Positions 1 to 10,221 of a DNA stretch of 34,423 nt are shown in pieces. Position 1 is the first letter of the stretch. The number at the start of each line of letters is the position of its first letter. Source of the stretch: Chiloscyllium plagiosum. Taxonomy: Eukaryota. The notes under the pieces are model-generated. The model did no database searches. It worked only from the letters and a program-made list of their open reading frames with translations, and had not been told where the DNA came from. Location of the stretch: the NCBI RefSeq assembly GCF_004010195.1, contig NC_057719.1:23099265-23133687 (forward strand), in the 5' to 3' direction. A program made the translations under genes and the position numbers.

Positions 1-55
1 ACGTCAGTTGTCCGTTGTTTCTATTTTTCTCTCTTTCCGTCACTTCTCCGTCTTC

Positions 56-73
56 ATCACGTCAGGGTCACCA
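56..73 (-). other. Primer-binding site complementary to tRNA-Trp
   Basis: The minus strand reads TGGTGACCCTGACGTGAT, a 17/18 match to the tRNA-Trp PBS TGGTGACCCCGACGTGAT used by avian leukosis/sarcoma viruses. The single mismatch is CpG>TpG. It lies 3 nt after the LTR end ...CCAACA. Confidence 0.9.
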
Positions 74-187
74 AATTGTTGGACTTTGGCTCAATCTACA
101 AACTTACTTTCTTCTATGTGTGAGCCAAGTCCTGCGTGTTCTTTTAAATGAAGCAATAGGAGAAGATATTCGGTCTCACACTCTTAA

Positions 188-193
188 TTTATT
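188..193 (-). terminator. LTR polyadenylation signal AATAAA
   Basis: TTTATT on the plus strand, ~120 nt downstream of the LTR TATA box and ~110 nt before the LTR end. Confidence 0.65.
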
Positions 194-311
194 TTACACA
201 GTAAGTGAACAAAGCATTCAGAGCTCTGGGTCTAAACCCCTTTGTCCCTGACAAACTATAAAAGTATGCCAGTTCAAAAAAGTAAGACCTCATTTTATCC
301 CTGCCCCAGTC

Positions 312-396
312 TTTTATACAATAAAAAACGTCATATAAACACTGAGGTAGAATTATCTTCTGATTGGGTGTTAGTCTGACTCCATTCCCCGCCTCC
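312..396 (-). promoter_or_regulatory. LTR core promoter: GC box, CCAAT box, TATA box
   Basis: Minus strand: GGAGGCGGGG (396-387), CCAATCA (367-361) and TATAAAA (318-312), in canonical order and spacing. Confidence 0.75.
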
Positions 397-419
397 TTGC
401 ATTCCTAGCTATCCGACCC

Positions 420-720
420 CACGTGACCTCCTTTTGCCCGCGAAATGGAGCATCATGTGACCTCCTCGACCCACTTCCGAGGCGCGAAACGGAACATCAC
501 GTGATCGCCCGCCCTCTTCCGGGGCGCGAAACGGGACGTCACGTGACCGCCCTGCGCTCTTCCGGGGCGCGAAACGGGACGTCACGTGACCACCCCGCAC
601 TCTTCCGGGTATGAGACGGGGACGCCACATGACCGCCCCGCACTCTTCCGGGTGCAAGACGGGGACGTCACGTGACCGCCCCGCACTCTTCCGGGTGCGA
701 GACGGGGACGTCACGTGACC
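420..720. repeat. ~7 x 43-bp CpG-rich tandem array in LTR U3 (putative enhancer)
   Basis: CACGTGA or a variant at 420, 454, 498, 540, 583, 626, 669 and 712 (period 42-44 from 454 onward). Unit is approximately GTCACGTGACCGCCCCGCACTCTTCCGGGTGCGAGACGGGGAC. Confidence 0.95.
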
Positions 721-823
721 ATCCCCCCTGCTTGGGTTACAGAGTCACCACAGGGTTTTGAGTGCTGAATCCATCCAGAGTCACAGCCAGCCTTCTGTTT
801 TTAAAGTAAGGAATATATTTACA

Positions 824-842
824 ACACACACACACACACACA
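824..842. repeat. (CA)n microsatellite
   Basis: Uninterrupted AC run. Confidence 0.95.
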
Positions 843-1290
843 TGTGGAAATCTGTGGCCTTCCAGCAAGCTCTCAGGATATAAAGGCTGAAGGTTGGCCA
901 TCCTTGGCATCTAAAGCACTACAGATACATCACAATGCCACCCTCCCCATCAACTTCGATTATCTGCTGTCATATTGTATGAGCTGCCTGGAATATTCAT
1001 TACCATAAACTAGATTTGTTACCATTTTCCACCTTTTAGGTTAGAATCTGTTTTGTCTGGCCTGACAGACAAAATCAATGAAGTAATCTAGCAAGATGCT
1101 TTTGCCTTAAGTAAGATGTAGTTAATGTATGATAGCAATCAGATTCAACTTTCATTGGTGCGAGTATCATTGTTGCTAAGACAACGACGGAAACCTTGGT
1201 GATTGTTCTTTTCTCCTTCAAGATCCAAAGCTGTTCTCCCCACTCAGTCTTCAGGAAATTGTCATATTGGGTGGATCTCAGTGTACTCCT

Positions 1291-1410
1291 AGAGTCATAG
1301 AGTCCTTCAACACAGAGACAGGCCCTTTGGCCCATATGGTCCATGCCACCTAAAATGTCCACCCACGCTAACCTCGTTTCCCTGCACTTGACTAGTACCC
1401 TTCTAAATCA
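1291..1410 (-). mobile_element. CR1/HER1 LINE 3' tail fragment
   Basis: AGAGTCATAGAG...ACAGGCCCTTTGGCCCA...CCATGCC is the reverse complement of the HE1/HER1-type 3' end, also seen at 12593 and 24345. Confidence 0.75.
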
Positions 1411-1962
1411 TACTCTTCAGCACTAATCCCTTCAGAACCAAATGCTCCACACAACACTTGGTCCAAGGCATTCCCCAATCTTGTGCATCAGTTTATGAAT
1501 ACTGATAGGCCATTGAGGTTTCCTGTCCATTTAGCTGCAGCCATCACAATGGTCACCAATGGCTAATCACTACTGAGTGGCCGGCCCTCCGAAGTGTAAC
1601 TTGGAGGTATATTGCTGTACTTGAGATGGCAGCTTTGGTGACAGCACATGAATTGGCTATCACTGGGAGGAGGTCTCTCCATGTATCACACTTCCCACTC
1701 TGGCCAAGTCAGTGTCTTCTGCCACAGGTACAAATCCAATCACTAAAATCAGGGTATCAATTTTTCAACACTCTGTTTTTGGGAGGAAGTGAAGTTGGCA
1801 GGTCCACATTTAGTTCCTATACTGTGTAGGGGGATGGTAGATTTATCTGTGAACAACTGAAATGGTGCTACTTGGCAATGGGTCAGTGAGGAGCTTTATT
1901 TAGCTCTGGGTTTGGCTTTGCTACATCAGATTATTGAAGAATAAAGACAAAATGCAAGAAAT

Positions 1963-2098
1963 TTGGGGTATAAGAATAGGAAAGGTTTAGAGGAACATGA
2001 GCCAAATGTTGACAACTGGGACTAGGTCAGATAGGCACGTCTGATTGGCATGGATGGGTTGGACCGAATGATCTGTTTCCGTACTGTGTAACTCTATA
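1963..2098 (+). mobile_element. CR1/HER1 LINE 3' end fragment
   Basis: AATAGGAAAGGTTTAGAGG...TGGGACTAG...GGCATGGATGGGTTGGACCGAA...CTGTTTCCGTACTGTGTAACTCTAT. Confidence 0.8.
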
Positions 2099-3944
2099 TC
2101 CTCAAGAGAATGGGGCTAACTGCAAGATGTAATGTACTTTCTAGTTATCTTTTGTATACATTATCTCTCATTTCCCAGTGCTATGGTTCCACATCTATCA
2201 TGAAAGCATAAATGGTCATAGTGAACTAAGTCATGAGGCCGATGTGAAACAAAGATGTAAAGAAAAAATCCTACCTACTTGCAAGAATACCTTGGAGAAT
2301 CCTATCCTTACAACAGGTAGACGTATCTCTGACCTGTTTCTAACTGGAGAGGTTCAGAACTTGTGACGAATCTGAGCACACCACCAGGATTTTTCATTAA
2401 TTAGACAACAGGTTAATTTTTTCAGGGAAATGAAATTTCCTGTCTATATCTCTACACCAAGAGCCACCTCAAAAAGTCCCCCTTCAAATATCCTCTAGCT
2501 TAGAAATAATTTCGGCTCCACTGAGGCATTCTAAAAGATCTCAACTCTTCCAAAGATCAGAGGGCCTAAGGAGACCTCAGGCAGAACAGTTATGGAGCAC
2601 TTGATCTTAAAATGGTGGCCCCATAATGCAGTTATGCAAATGATCACATAGTGTCTACATCCTACAAATTGTGTCCTGTCTTGGATTATTGTTGACACAG
2701 ATCACAATCTGTTGTACTTGTGTCAATAGGGTAGAATGCCAGGAACTACCTCAGTTTGATATATGCTGTGGACAGGTAAGGCATGATTAATGAATGGAAA
2801 ATTATGGATCTCAGCCCATGGCTGTCTTCAGTCTCTGCCAGCATTGATCATCTCTGGCATTATGGAATCAGTCCCACAATCAATCAGGTGGCAGTCATGT
2901 AAATATGCACCAATCGTGTCGCAGGTGAACAATATTATAATCTTTATTTTTCCAAGTGTTTCCATTTGAAGTTTGCAACATACAGAATGTTCCATCATCC
3001 ACACTTAAGGGAAATAGCATTGTTATAAAGGGAGGCACAAATTGGAAAGGAGAAAATACAATTTTAAACTGGGTGAGAGGACTATCAGCATAAGTTAACA
3101 GGGTAATAACGTTTGTATGGTAAACATTATGACAGCAGTAGCTAGATTAATAAAACACTGGCAGTACTCAGCACAAAATTATAACTGTCATTAATTGTAA
3201 ACATCTGACCAACAACTACGCAGACGAGTGGATAAGGAAATTACTTTTAGCTGACAGTAGGTTTTGCTTTGAAAATTGAAATGCTCTCCAAAAATTACCT
3301 TGTCATTTTAATCAATGCACAAACCACTGTGAAAATACAGCATCAGAGAATTGCATGTGCAGAAGGAGGGAATTCAGTCCCTCTTGCCTATACTGGCTCA
3401 TTATCTAATGCAAATCTCCTGCTTTTTTTTCCCATGCACTTGCACCTGATTGTTATCCAAACAATCATCCAATTTTGAATGCCTCAATTCTGTCTCCACT
3501 GTTGCATTCAGCTCATTCTTTTACAAAATAGATCTTCTATTTAGATGTATCTAAAAGAAGAATGGCTCCAAATTCCTTCAGTATGATTCCTAAAATAAAA
3601 GCAAAAAAGTTGGAAATATTTCGTGGGTCTGGATACATCTGTGGAGACAGTAACAGTCAAAATTGGACTGAGTTTTAACAGCCCTTTGGAGAGGGGTAGG
3701 TAAGTGCTAAATAAATGGCACAAGGTGTGGGAGAGAAGAGCGAAGTGCTCCCTTTGCCAAGGGGTATAGCAGATGGTAAGAATGGCAAAAAAATGTAACC
3801 TGCCAACTGGACTCAGGCAATCATTTGACTAACTGCCAGACACATTACAAAGTTGTGGAACTTTTACAAGCCTCAGAGTGGGTCCCTGCCAAGCAGAAAG
3901 ATCCCGAGCTGCTTTGGAGAGTGTATCAGTGCTTTAAAGTACAA

Positions 3945-4885
3945 TGTTCCATTCTACAATAGCCTTTATTGTCACGTTCACTCGAATGAGTGTAGTAAAA
4001 AGTTGATAATGTCGCCCCTCAGTGCCATCTTCGGTACAGGATACTTCGGCACAGACACTTTATGCATTGTTACAGGATTGGAAAAGTTAATACAAAAATA
4101 GACTAGCATGGAAGCAAAAGTTTAAAAAGTCCAGGATGCAAATAAAAACTCTTGTTAAAGTAGTCAAGTGATAGTCCTTTTTCACTAAGTCATTGCCGCC
4201 TGACTTCAGAACACAAAGCCTTGTAGCCTCCATGTACTGCAACTCAATTCCAGGACTAGACACACGCTCACTTTGCTCCTACTCTGGGCTCCGGCTGCAA
4301 CTCAATTCCAAGACTTGGCCCATGCTCTCTCTGCTGCCTCTCCGGCCTCCGGATGTGACTCAATTCTGGGACTAGGACCACTCTCGCTCTGTTCCTTCTT
4401 TGGGTTGCAGCTGCATCTTAATTCCGGAATTCGACCCAAGCTCACTCTGCTCCTGCTCTGGGCTCTGACTGCAACTCAGTTCCGGGTCTAGGCCTGCGCT
4501 CACTTTGTTCCCATTCTGGGTTCCAGCTGCAACTCAATTCCGGGACTCTGCCTGCACTCGCACTGCTCTAACTCCTCGCTCCAGCTGCAACTCAATTTCA
4601 GGACTTGGCCCTCACTTGCTCTGCTCCTGCTCCGGGCTCCAGCCACGACTCAGTTCCAGGACTGGGCCTACATTCACTTTGCTCCCGCTCCGGCTGCAAT
4701 TCGTCTCCCACTCAAGGCTCATCTCAGACTCCATTCTCCATTCCCTCCAACTAGGATTCTTTAAAAAGTGAGAAGCTGGGGCATGGGGCAGTGAAATAAA
4801 AACTGGAGCAAGTGGAAAATAAAAGGAAAGAAAAAGGAAAAAGACCTGGCGAGCATTGGGAGCTCCAGCTGGAGCATTTACTTTG
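3945..4885 (-). mobile_element. Probable non-autonomous retroposon with an internal minisatellite
   Basis: The minus-strand 3' end ...GTGACAATAAAGGCTATTGTAGAATGGAA has a poly(A) signal plus a short-repeat tail. The ends resemble a dispersed shark repeat from memory; family not identified. Confidence 0.45.
4228..4700. repeat. ~8 x 58-bp diverged minisatellite
   Basis: The AACTCAATTCC-like core recurs at about 4241, 4299, 4357, 4415, 4473, 4531, 4589 and 4647 (period 58). Confidence 0.9.
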
Positions 4886-4998
4886 GAGGCTTCATTGCCT
4901 AAGGACAAGTCCCGGATATAATAATAGCTTCTTCTGTGGCTCTGATACCACCCTTAGTGTGTTTACTCTTCTATTAGCTAGGCCCAGTATGTCTACTG

Positions 4999-5103
4999 GT
5001 GCTGGAAGAGCACAGCAGTTCAGGCAGCATCCGAGGACTGCTGTGCTCTTCCAGCTCCACTAATCCAGAATCTGGTTTCCAGCATCTGCAGTCATTGTTT
5101 TTA
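4999..5103. mobile_element. Penelope-like element remnant (inverted pseudo-LTR, centre deleted) with a 16-bp flanking duplication
   Basis: Perfect 19-bp inverted repeat GCTGGAAGAGCACAGCAGT (5001-5019 / 5037-5055). Flanked by CCCAGTATGTCTACTG at 4983-4998 and 5104-5119. Homologous to the copies at 11500 and 23542. Confidence 0.8.
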
Positions 5104-7104
5104 CCCAGTATGTCTACTGCCTTACACACTCGTGCATGACCTTAAAGTCATCAACTCGGGCTTCCACATTACAACATGCAGAAGGCTGGAACAATCACAC
5201 ATGTCACAGTGGTACTCTTATGCCATTAGGACATCAGCTTTAGTAATATCCCTGCCTTCTTTATCTCATCCTAGAGGAATATCCTGGGTCACCTGTTGAA
5301 CAAATTTCCAGGTTACTGAAGCTTGGAAATGACATTGCAATATTACCATGTCAGTGCATCATCCGAGATTTCTCTATCCAGTATTTTAACAGAGTTGTTA
5401 CAAGGGTCATCTATTAACAATGCACAAAATCAATTCCAGGCTTGTGAAGTTTATATTTGTTATCATTGAAGCGTTGTGTTTTATGACCTCTTGCAGAACA
5501 ATCTATTACCTATAAAAGCATGACAAATTGACAAGTGCTGCTGTTGGCACAGTTATTTTGGCAGTAATCATTGAAGCTTATTATACTGGATGACATAGAT
5601 CAGTTGGAGAGAGACACGGTTTAAAATTACCCATAGTTACTATATCATAAACTAATTTCCATAGAATATATTTCACAACAACTCATACTTGACTACGGTC
5701 AGAGCGAGACAGTAGGGTGAATTACTTTGGCAGATTTAATGAGAATAATAGAATAGGTATGGAAGAAGAATTGGGAGAGTATTGGGGCAATTAACTGAAG
5801 TGTTGGAAGATTGGGAGGAATTAAGGAGAGGTTAGGAAAGTGAAGTGAAACTTTAGCATTGTCAGTGAAGATTAGAAGTACAATTAGGGACCATTAAGAA
5901 GAAATCAACAAAATTGTTAAGGAAATTAGAAGAACAGTTGGAGTAAGTTAGAAGGAAACCGAGTGGAGCAGAGAAAGTTATTGGAGTTTTTTGCATGATG
6001 CTTAAGTGCTAAGGAAGACAACATGAATTCGATGTAGTGTTACGTAATTAAACTGAAGTATTAATAGATACCTGGAGTGATATGAGACAGATGACCCAAA
6101 TTTACAAATTTATTTGAGAGGGTAACCAAAGAGTAGCACATGAAAGTCGACCTGTCTGATTATGGAGTTTCAATAAAGATCTACTACAATCATTGCTAGA
6201 ATGAAGGGGAAAGGGTATCTGTTGGAAGTTCAGTGCTCACGAGCTCTGAAGTATTATAGGAATATCAGTACAGTTTCATACTGCAAGTGTCCTCAGTTTT
6301 TTTCAGATACATTCTGCATTTCACTCACTTTTTAAACAATGATTTTCAAGTGTACTTATATTTAATCTTGCAAACATAGGTGCGTATGGATGATGAGAGT
6401 AGAGTTTACAGGAGCAGATTACTAAAAGACATTCACCTGAAGGTTCTGTATGTTTCTCCCAATTCCACTTTGATGAAACACTTCTCTTGAGAAAATTAAA
6501 AATAGCTATTTATTGGTTTGCACATCATGAACAGAGGATAGAATCCTCTCGGATCCTGAACAAAGTGGTTTACAGCAAGAAATTTGGGCTAATTGTGTGA
6601 GGTATCCAGTGCAGCTTTTCTTAACATCAAAACCAAAAAGACACACTTTCCAAGCAGGTCCCAGGCCTGTTGACACGAATTATGACTCATTATAACTCTC
6701 GTGATTATTTAATCTCACCTCATGAACATGCAGGCTCCCATTCTCCCACTTGTTGGATGCAATCTTTGTGTTGAGAATTGAAAGTCAGCTCAGGTATTTG
6801 GTAATTCCAGCTCTGGACCTCCACCATGGATATTTAGCACCAACATCTCATGAGCAGTGGCTACATGCTGCCCACATCTGTAGTTGCTGTCACACCCATC
6901 ATGCTCAAACGCTGGTAGTCTGGAATTGGCCTTCACTATCAATGTAGTGGAACAACAGCCACAACCCAACATGTCACACGATACACAGCTAAAACCTCCT
7001 TGCACATACAACAGCTCATTCCTACCCCAACTGGTAATTAAGCACAGGCTTTACATTACATCTGCCCTTAGCTGTGACACTTCTAATTTTTAAAAAATTA
7101 TTAT

Positions 7105-7385
7105 TTGTTCAGTCATAGAATATGGGCATCACTGGCTAGGCCAGCATTTATTATCTATACCTAATTCACCTGAGGATGATGATGCTGCGCAGCTTTAGTA
7201 AACCATTGTAGTGTTTGGAGAATAGGTGCACCTACAATGCTGTTAGAAAGGGAATTCCAGAATTTTGACCCACCTTTAGTGAAGGAGCAGTGATATTGTT
7301 CCAAACCAGGATGACACATGCTTTAGAGGGAAATTTATACGTGCCAGTCATCTGCTCCTTTGTTCTTCTGGGTATGTCATGCGTA
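7105..7385 (-). mobile_element. Old CR1/L2-group LINE, 3' end (piece 1; continues at 8368)
   Basis: TGGGCATCACTGGCTAGGCCAGCATTTATT...GGGAATTCCAGAATTTTGACCC is the reverse complement of the family seen at 29421-29685. Confidence 0.75.
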
Positions 7386-7388
7386 TGT

Positions 7389-8366
7389 AGGGCAACCATA
7401 TTGAAACATACAAGATTCTTTGGGACTTGATAGCGAAGATCTGTAGGTCCCAGACGGGACATCTCAGTTTTCTCAACTTTGTAAAAGTCCTTGACCTTTT
7501 TATCTCTCTCTCTTTCTCTCCCCCACCCCTTGCCAAGACTTATCCTTTTCGGGCTGGACTAAGACAATAGGCAAAGAGGGGTCAGTTCAGCCACTACTTG
7601 AATGAGAAGAAAACCAAATGGATATAAAATACCCACGCCTGGCTGGCTGAATTCCTCAACACTCAATAGCGAAGGACTCAAGGCTCTTACACCGCTGTCC
7701 ACGATCTGTCCGTGCTGAACCACAAGTCACGGTACCATATGAAAATGTAGATCCCAGGTGGGACCTCTCGGTTTCGAGATCAGTCAAAAGAATAATCAGG
7801 TACAGGGTCTGTTTAAAGCAAGGTTATCAGTTTAATAAAATTAGGCAGCCTGGCACAACTTTGCCACGGAACACAGAAGCTTTAACCTCTGTGTTGCTAG
7901 ACAAAACTGCTCCAGGTTGCCTAATTCTATTAAACTGATAACCTTGCTCTAAACAGACCGTATTCCTGATGATTCTTTTGACCAATGTCGAAACTGAGAG
8001 GTCCCGCCTGGGATATACATCTTCAACAGGATGGATGCATGTAGATTGTTTCCCCTTTTGGGAGAGTTTAGGATCATAGGGCATAGCCTCAGAATTAGAG
8101 GAAATGTATTAAAGACAGATATAAGGAGAATTTTGTTCTCTCAGAGGATAATGAGGCAGTGGAATTCTTTACCGCTAAATGCTGTTAAGGCAGGCTCACT
8201 GATCACATTCAGGGCTGAAACAGACTTTTGATCAGTTAGGGAATCAAGGGTGATGGGGTAAAGGCAAAAAAATGGGGTTGAGGATTATCAGATCATTCAT
8301 GATCTCATTGAATGCTGGAACACACTCGATGGGCTGAATGCTGCTCTTATGATATTCTGGTCTTAT
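7389..8366 (+). mobile_element. CR1/HER1 3' fragment (7389-7430 + 8027-8366), interrupted by a fold-back element
   Basis: 7389-7430 encodes ...IETYKIL..., and the C-terminal ORF2 text resumes after 8027 (RLFPLLGE...GHSLRIRG...TDIRRILFSQRIMRQWNSLP), followed by a 3'UTR with GATGGGCTGAATG. Confidence 0.85.
7431..8028. mobile_element. Fold-back/MITE-like insertion with three copies of a ~40-bp terminal motif
   Basis: 7740-8025 is a long imperfect palindrome with its centre near 7882. The motif GAAGATGTAGATCCCAGGCGGGACCTCTCAGTTT occurs forward at ~7435 and ~7741 and inverted at 7991-8025. Confidence 0.75.
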
Positions 8367-8367
8367 A

Positions 8368-8790
8368 ATGTTGTTTAAGGAGCCTTGGTGAGCTGGAGCT
8401 CTGCATCTTGAATATGGTACACATTGTTGCATTGTACATCAGTGATGAAAGATGTGAGTGTTGAAAGGGTGGAAGGAATGCCAACAGTGGGCTGTTTTGC
8501 CATTGATGCTGTTGAGCTGCTCGCTTGCTGTTGGATCATGACAAACGGAGAATATTCTAACATCCCCTCCAACACCTGTTTCCTATCAGGTATTCAGGGG
8601 ACAGGAGGTAGGCATTTGCCACAGAATTCATCTCCTCTGGCCCATTCTTTCAGCCACAACTTTGACATGTCAGTGTTTATTTTTGGTCAGAAGATGTTGA
8701 TTGTCGGGAGTTCAAAAATGATGATGCTATTAAATGTCAAAGGGAGATGGTGAAATTCTTTCTTGTTTAACATGGTTATTGCTTGACACG
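8368..8790 (-). mobile_element. Old CR1/L2-group LINE (piece 2)
   Basis: AAGGAGCCTTGGTGAG...GCATCTTG...ATGGTACAC...AATGTCAAAGGGAGATGG is a collinear continuation of 7105-7385. It is homologous, in reverse complement, to 28140-28522. Confidence 0.75.
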
Positions 8791-9634
8791 GATGTCACAG
8801 GCTGTTGATTTGCAATCATACATCACAGTGCAAAGTCAATATTTCCTCCAATAAGTCATTCTGAAAGATGGACCATTCCAGTGGACCAGATATTCTTATA
8901 TTAATCCTGGTGTTTTATGAATTAATACATGAATAATAAATTTAATAATATGCTAACAATGTGAAAATCAAATGTTTATTTCTGTCACAAAAGTGTTTAA
9001 AGTAAAGATGACTTTAACAAGGGGTTATGTCTGTAGAATATTCTTTGATGGTAAATTAAGGCAATAGAATTTGAATTACTCAGTGAATAAAAGAGAGATC
9101 ATAAAAGAGTCCCTGGGTTAAAAGAATGACTTGCTTTTGGAAATGCAACAGCAGCTTTGAAAATGTTCTTTAACCAACAGCATCCGAGCAGATTCAGATG
9201 CAAATACATGTTGATAATGGCCTCAGGATTGTGGACTAGATTTTATATCCATTAATAGTCAATGATGGGGAAGAGAAAGGTCCCTTCTCAGTGGTATTCA
9301 AACTCCCCAGCTTAAATGCTGCTTGAAGCTCAGGGACAATGGGAATTACATTTTTTGACCATTATTACCTGGGGAGTTCATGCAATGTGACTTTGTGGAA
9401 ACAAATTATCTGCTTTGGGAGTGTGGCACTCTAGTTCTCTTCTGGTATTGTGTTATTAAAAACATGTTTTATATCACAAATGAGTGCATTGAATGAGCTG
9501 AAACTATAGGATTTTCAAAAAGACTACTACACGATGTGTAGGTGACCTAAGCAAAGTTCTTAAAATGGCCAAACATTTACCGAAACTTTACCTTTCAAAT
9601 TACAAAGATATTGGAAAGGGGTTATGCTGTCTAG

Positions 9635-10096
9635 ATAGAGTTGACTTCAGATGGGGCTTTCTTATGAGGAGAGATTTATTAGCTTCGGCCTGCACTGTAT
9701 ACAAGAATGAGAGATGGCCTTCTTGATACATACAAGGTTCTTAGGGGACAACAGAATGGATATTGAGAAATTGTTCCCTGTTTGGGAGAGTCTAAGGCCT
9801 GAGAGTATAATTTCAGAGTAAGTAGTCTCCCATTTACAATAGAAATGGGTAAGAATTTCTTCTCTCAGAAGATAATGAATTTTTGGAAGAATTTACTGCT
9901 GATGGCTATTGAGACCAGACGCCATTATGTACATGAAAGGCTGAGATAGACATATTTTTAATCAGTAAGGGAATTAAGACTTAATGGGGAAAAGACAAAA
10001 AAATGGACTTGAGAATTATCAGATCAGCCATGATCTTATTGAAAGGTGGAGTGGAATTGCTAGTCTGAATGGCCTACTTATTCTCTTACATCTTAG
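9635..10096 (+). mobile_element. CR1/HER1 3' fragment
   Basis: Decayed ORF2 C-terminus (ATGAGGAGAGATT...ACATACAAGGTTCTTAGGGG...TTCTTCTCTCAGA) and 3'UTR ATCAGATCAGCCATGATCTTATTGAA...CTGAATGGCCTACT. Similar to 8027-8366. Confidence 0.85.
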
Positions 10097-10221
10097 AGAT
10101 GTTTCGCCGTCTGACAAGGCATGAATAGTGCTGAACATTGTGTAATCATCACTATACATCTCCATTTCTGACTTTATGATGGAAGGAAGGTCATTAATGA
10201 AGCAACTGAAATTGTTGGACA
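10097..10221 (-). pseudogene. LINE reverse-transcriptase catalytic-region fragment
   Basis: Minus translation FSCFINDLPSIIKSEMEMYSDDYTMFSTI matches the non-LTR RT 'F.ND.P ... (Y/F)ADD' region. Confidence 0.8.

Larger units (their letters stand above)
77..741 (-). mobile_element. 5' LTR (~665 bp) of an LTR retroelement (ERV-like or Gypsy); internal region runs off the left edge
   Basis: The minus strand begins TGTAACC (741) and ends CCAACA (77), giving TG...CA termini. The PBS follows directly. U3 repeats, GC box, CCAAT, TATA and AATAAA occur in the expected U3-R-U5 order. Confidence 0.85.

Noticed and set aside
56..73. tRNA-Trp gene
   Set aside because: Only the 3' 18 nt including CCA match, and the rest of a cloverleaf is absent. 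This is what a PBS looks like.
409..714. 101-aa and 63-aa ORFs over the GC-rich array
   Set aside because: They are by-products of a stop-poor 43-bp repeat (period not a multiple of 3) inside an LTR.
420..720. Host CpG-island promoter, or adenovirus/parvovirus-like terminal enhancer
   Set aside because: The array is enclosed by TG...CA termini with PBS, TATA and AATAAA in LTR order. No viral ORF or host first exon is seen.
2780..2940. Faint resemblance to a decayed Harbinger-type transposase segment
   Set aside because: Too degenerate to support without a search.
3590..3690. Further Penelope-like remnant (also ~20505-20560)
   Set aside because: Only a short, heavily decayed similarity, with no definable ends or core motif.
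4228..4700. CRISPR-like array
   Set aside because: Whole units are mutually similar with no unique spacers, the context is vertebrate, and there are no cas genes.
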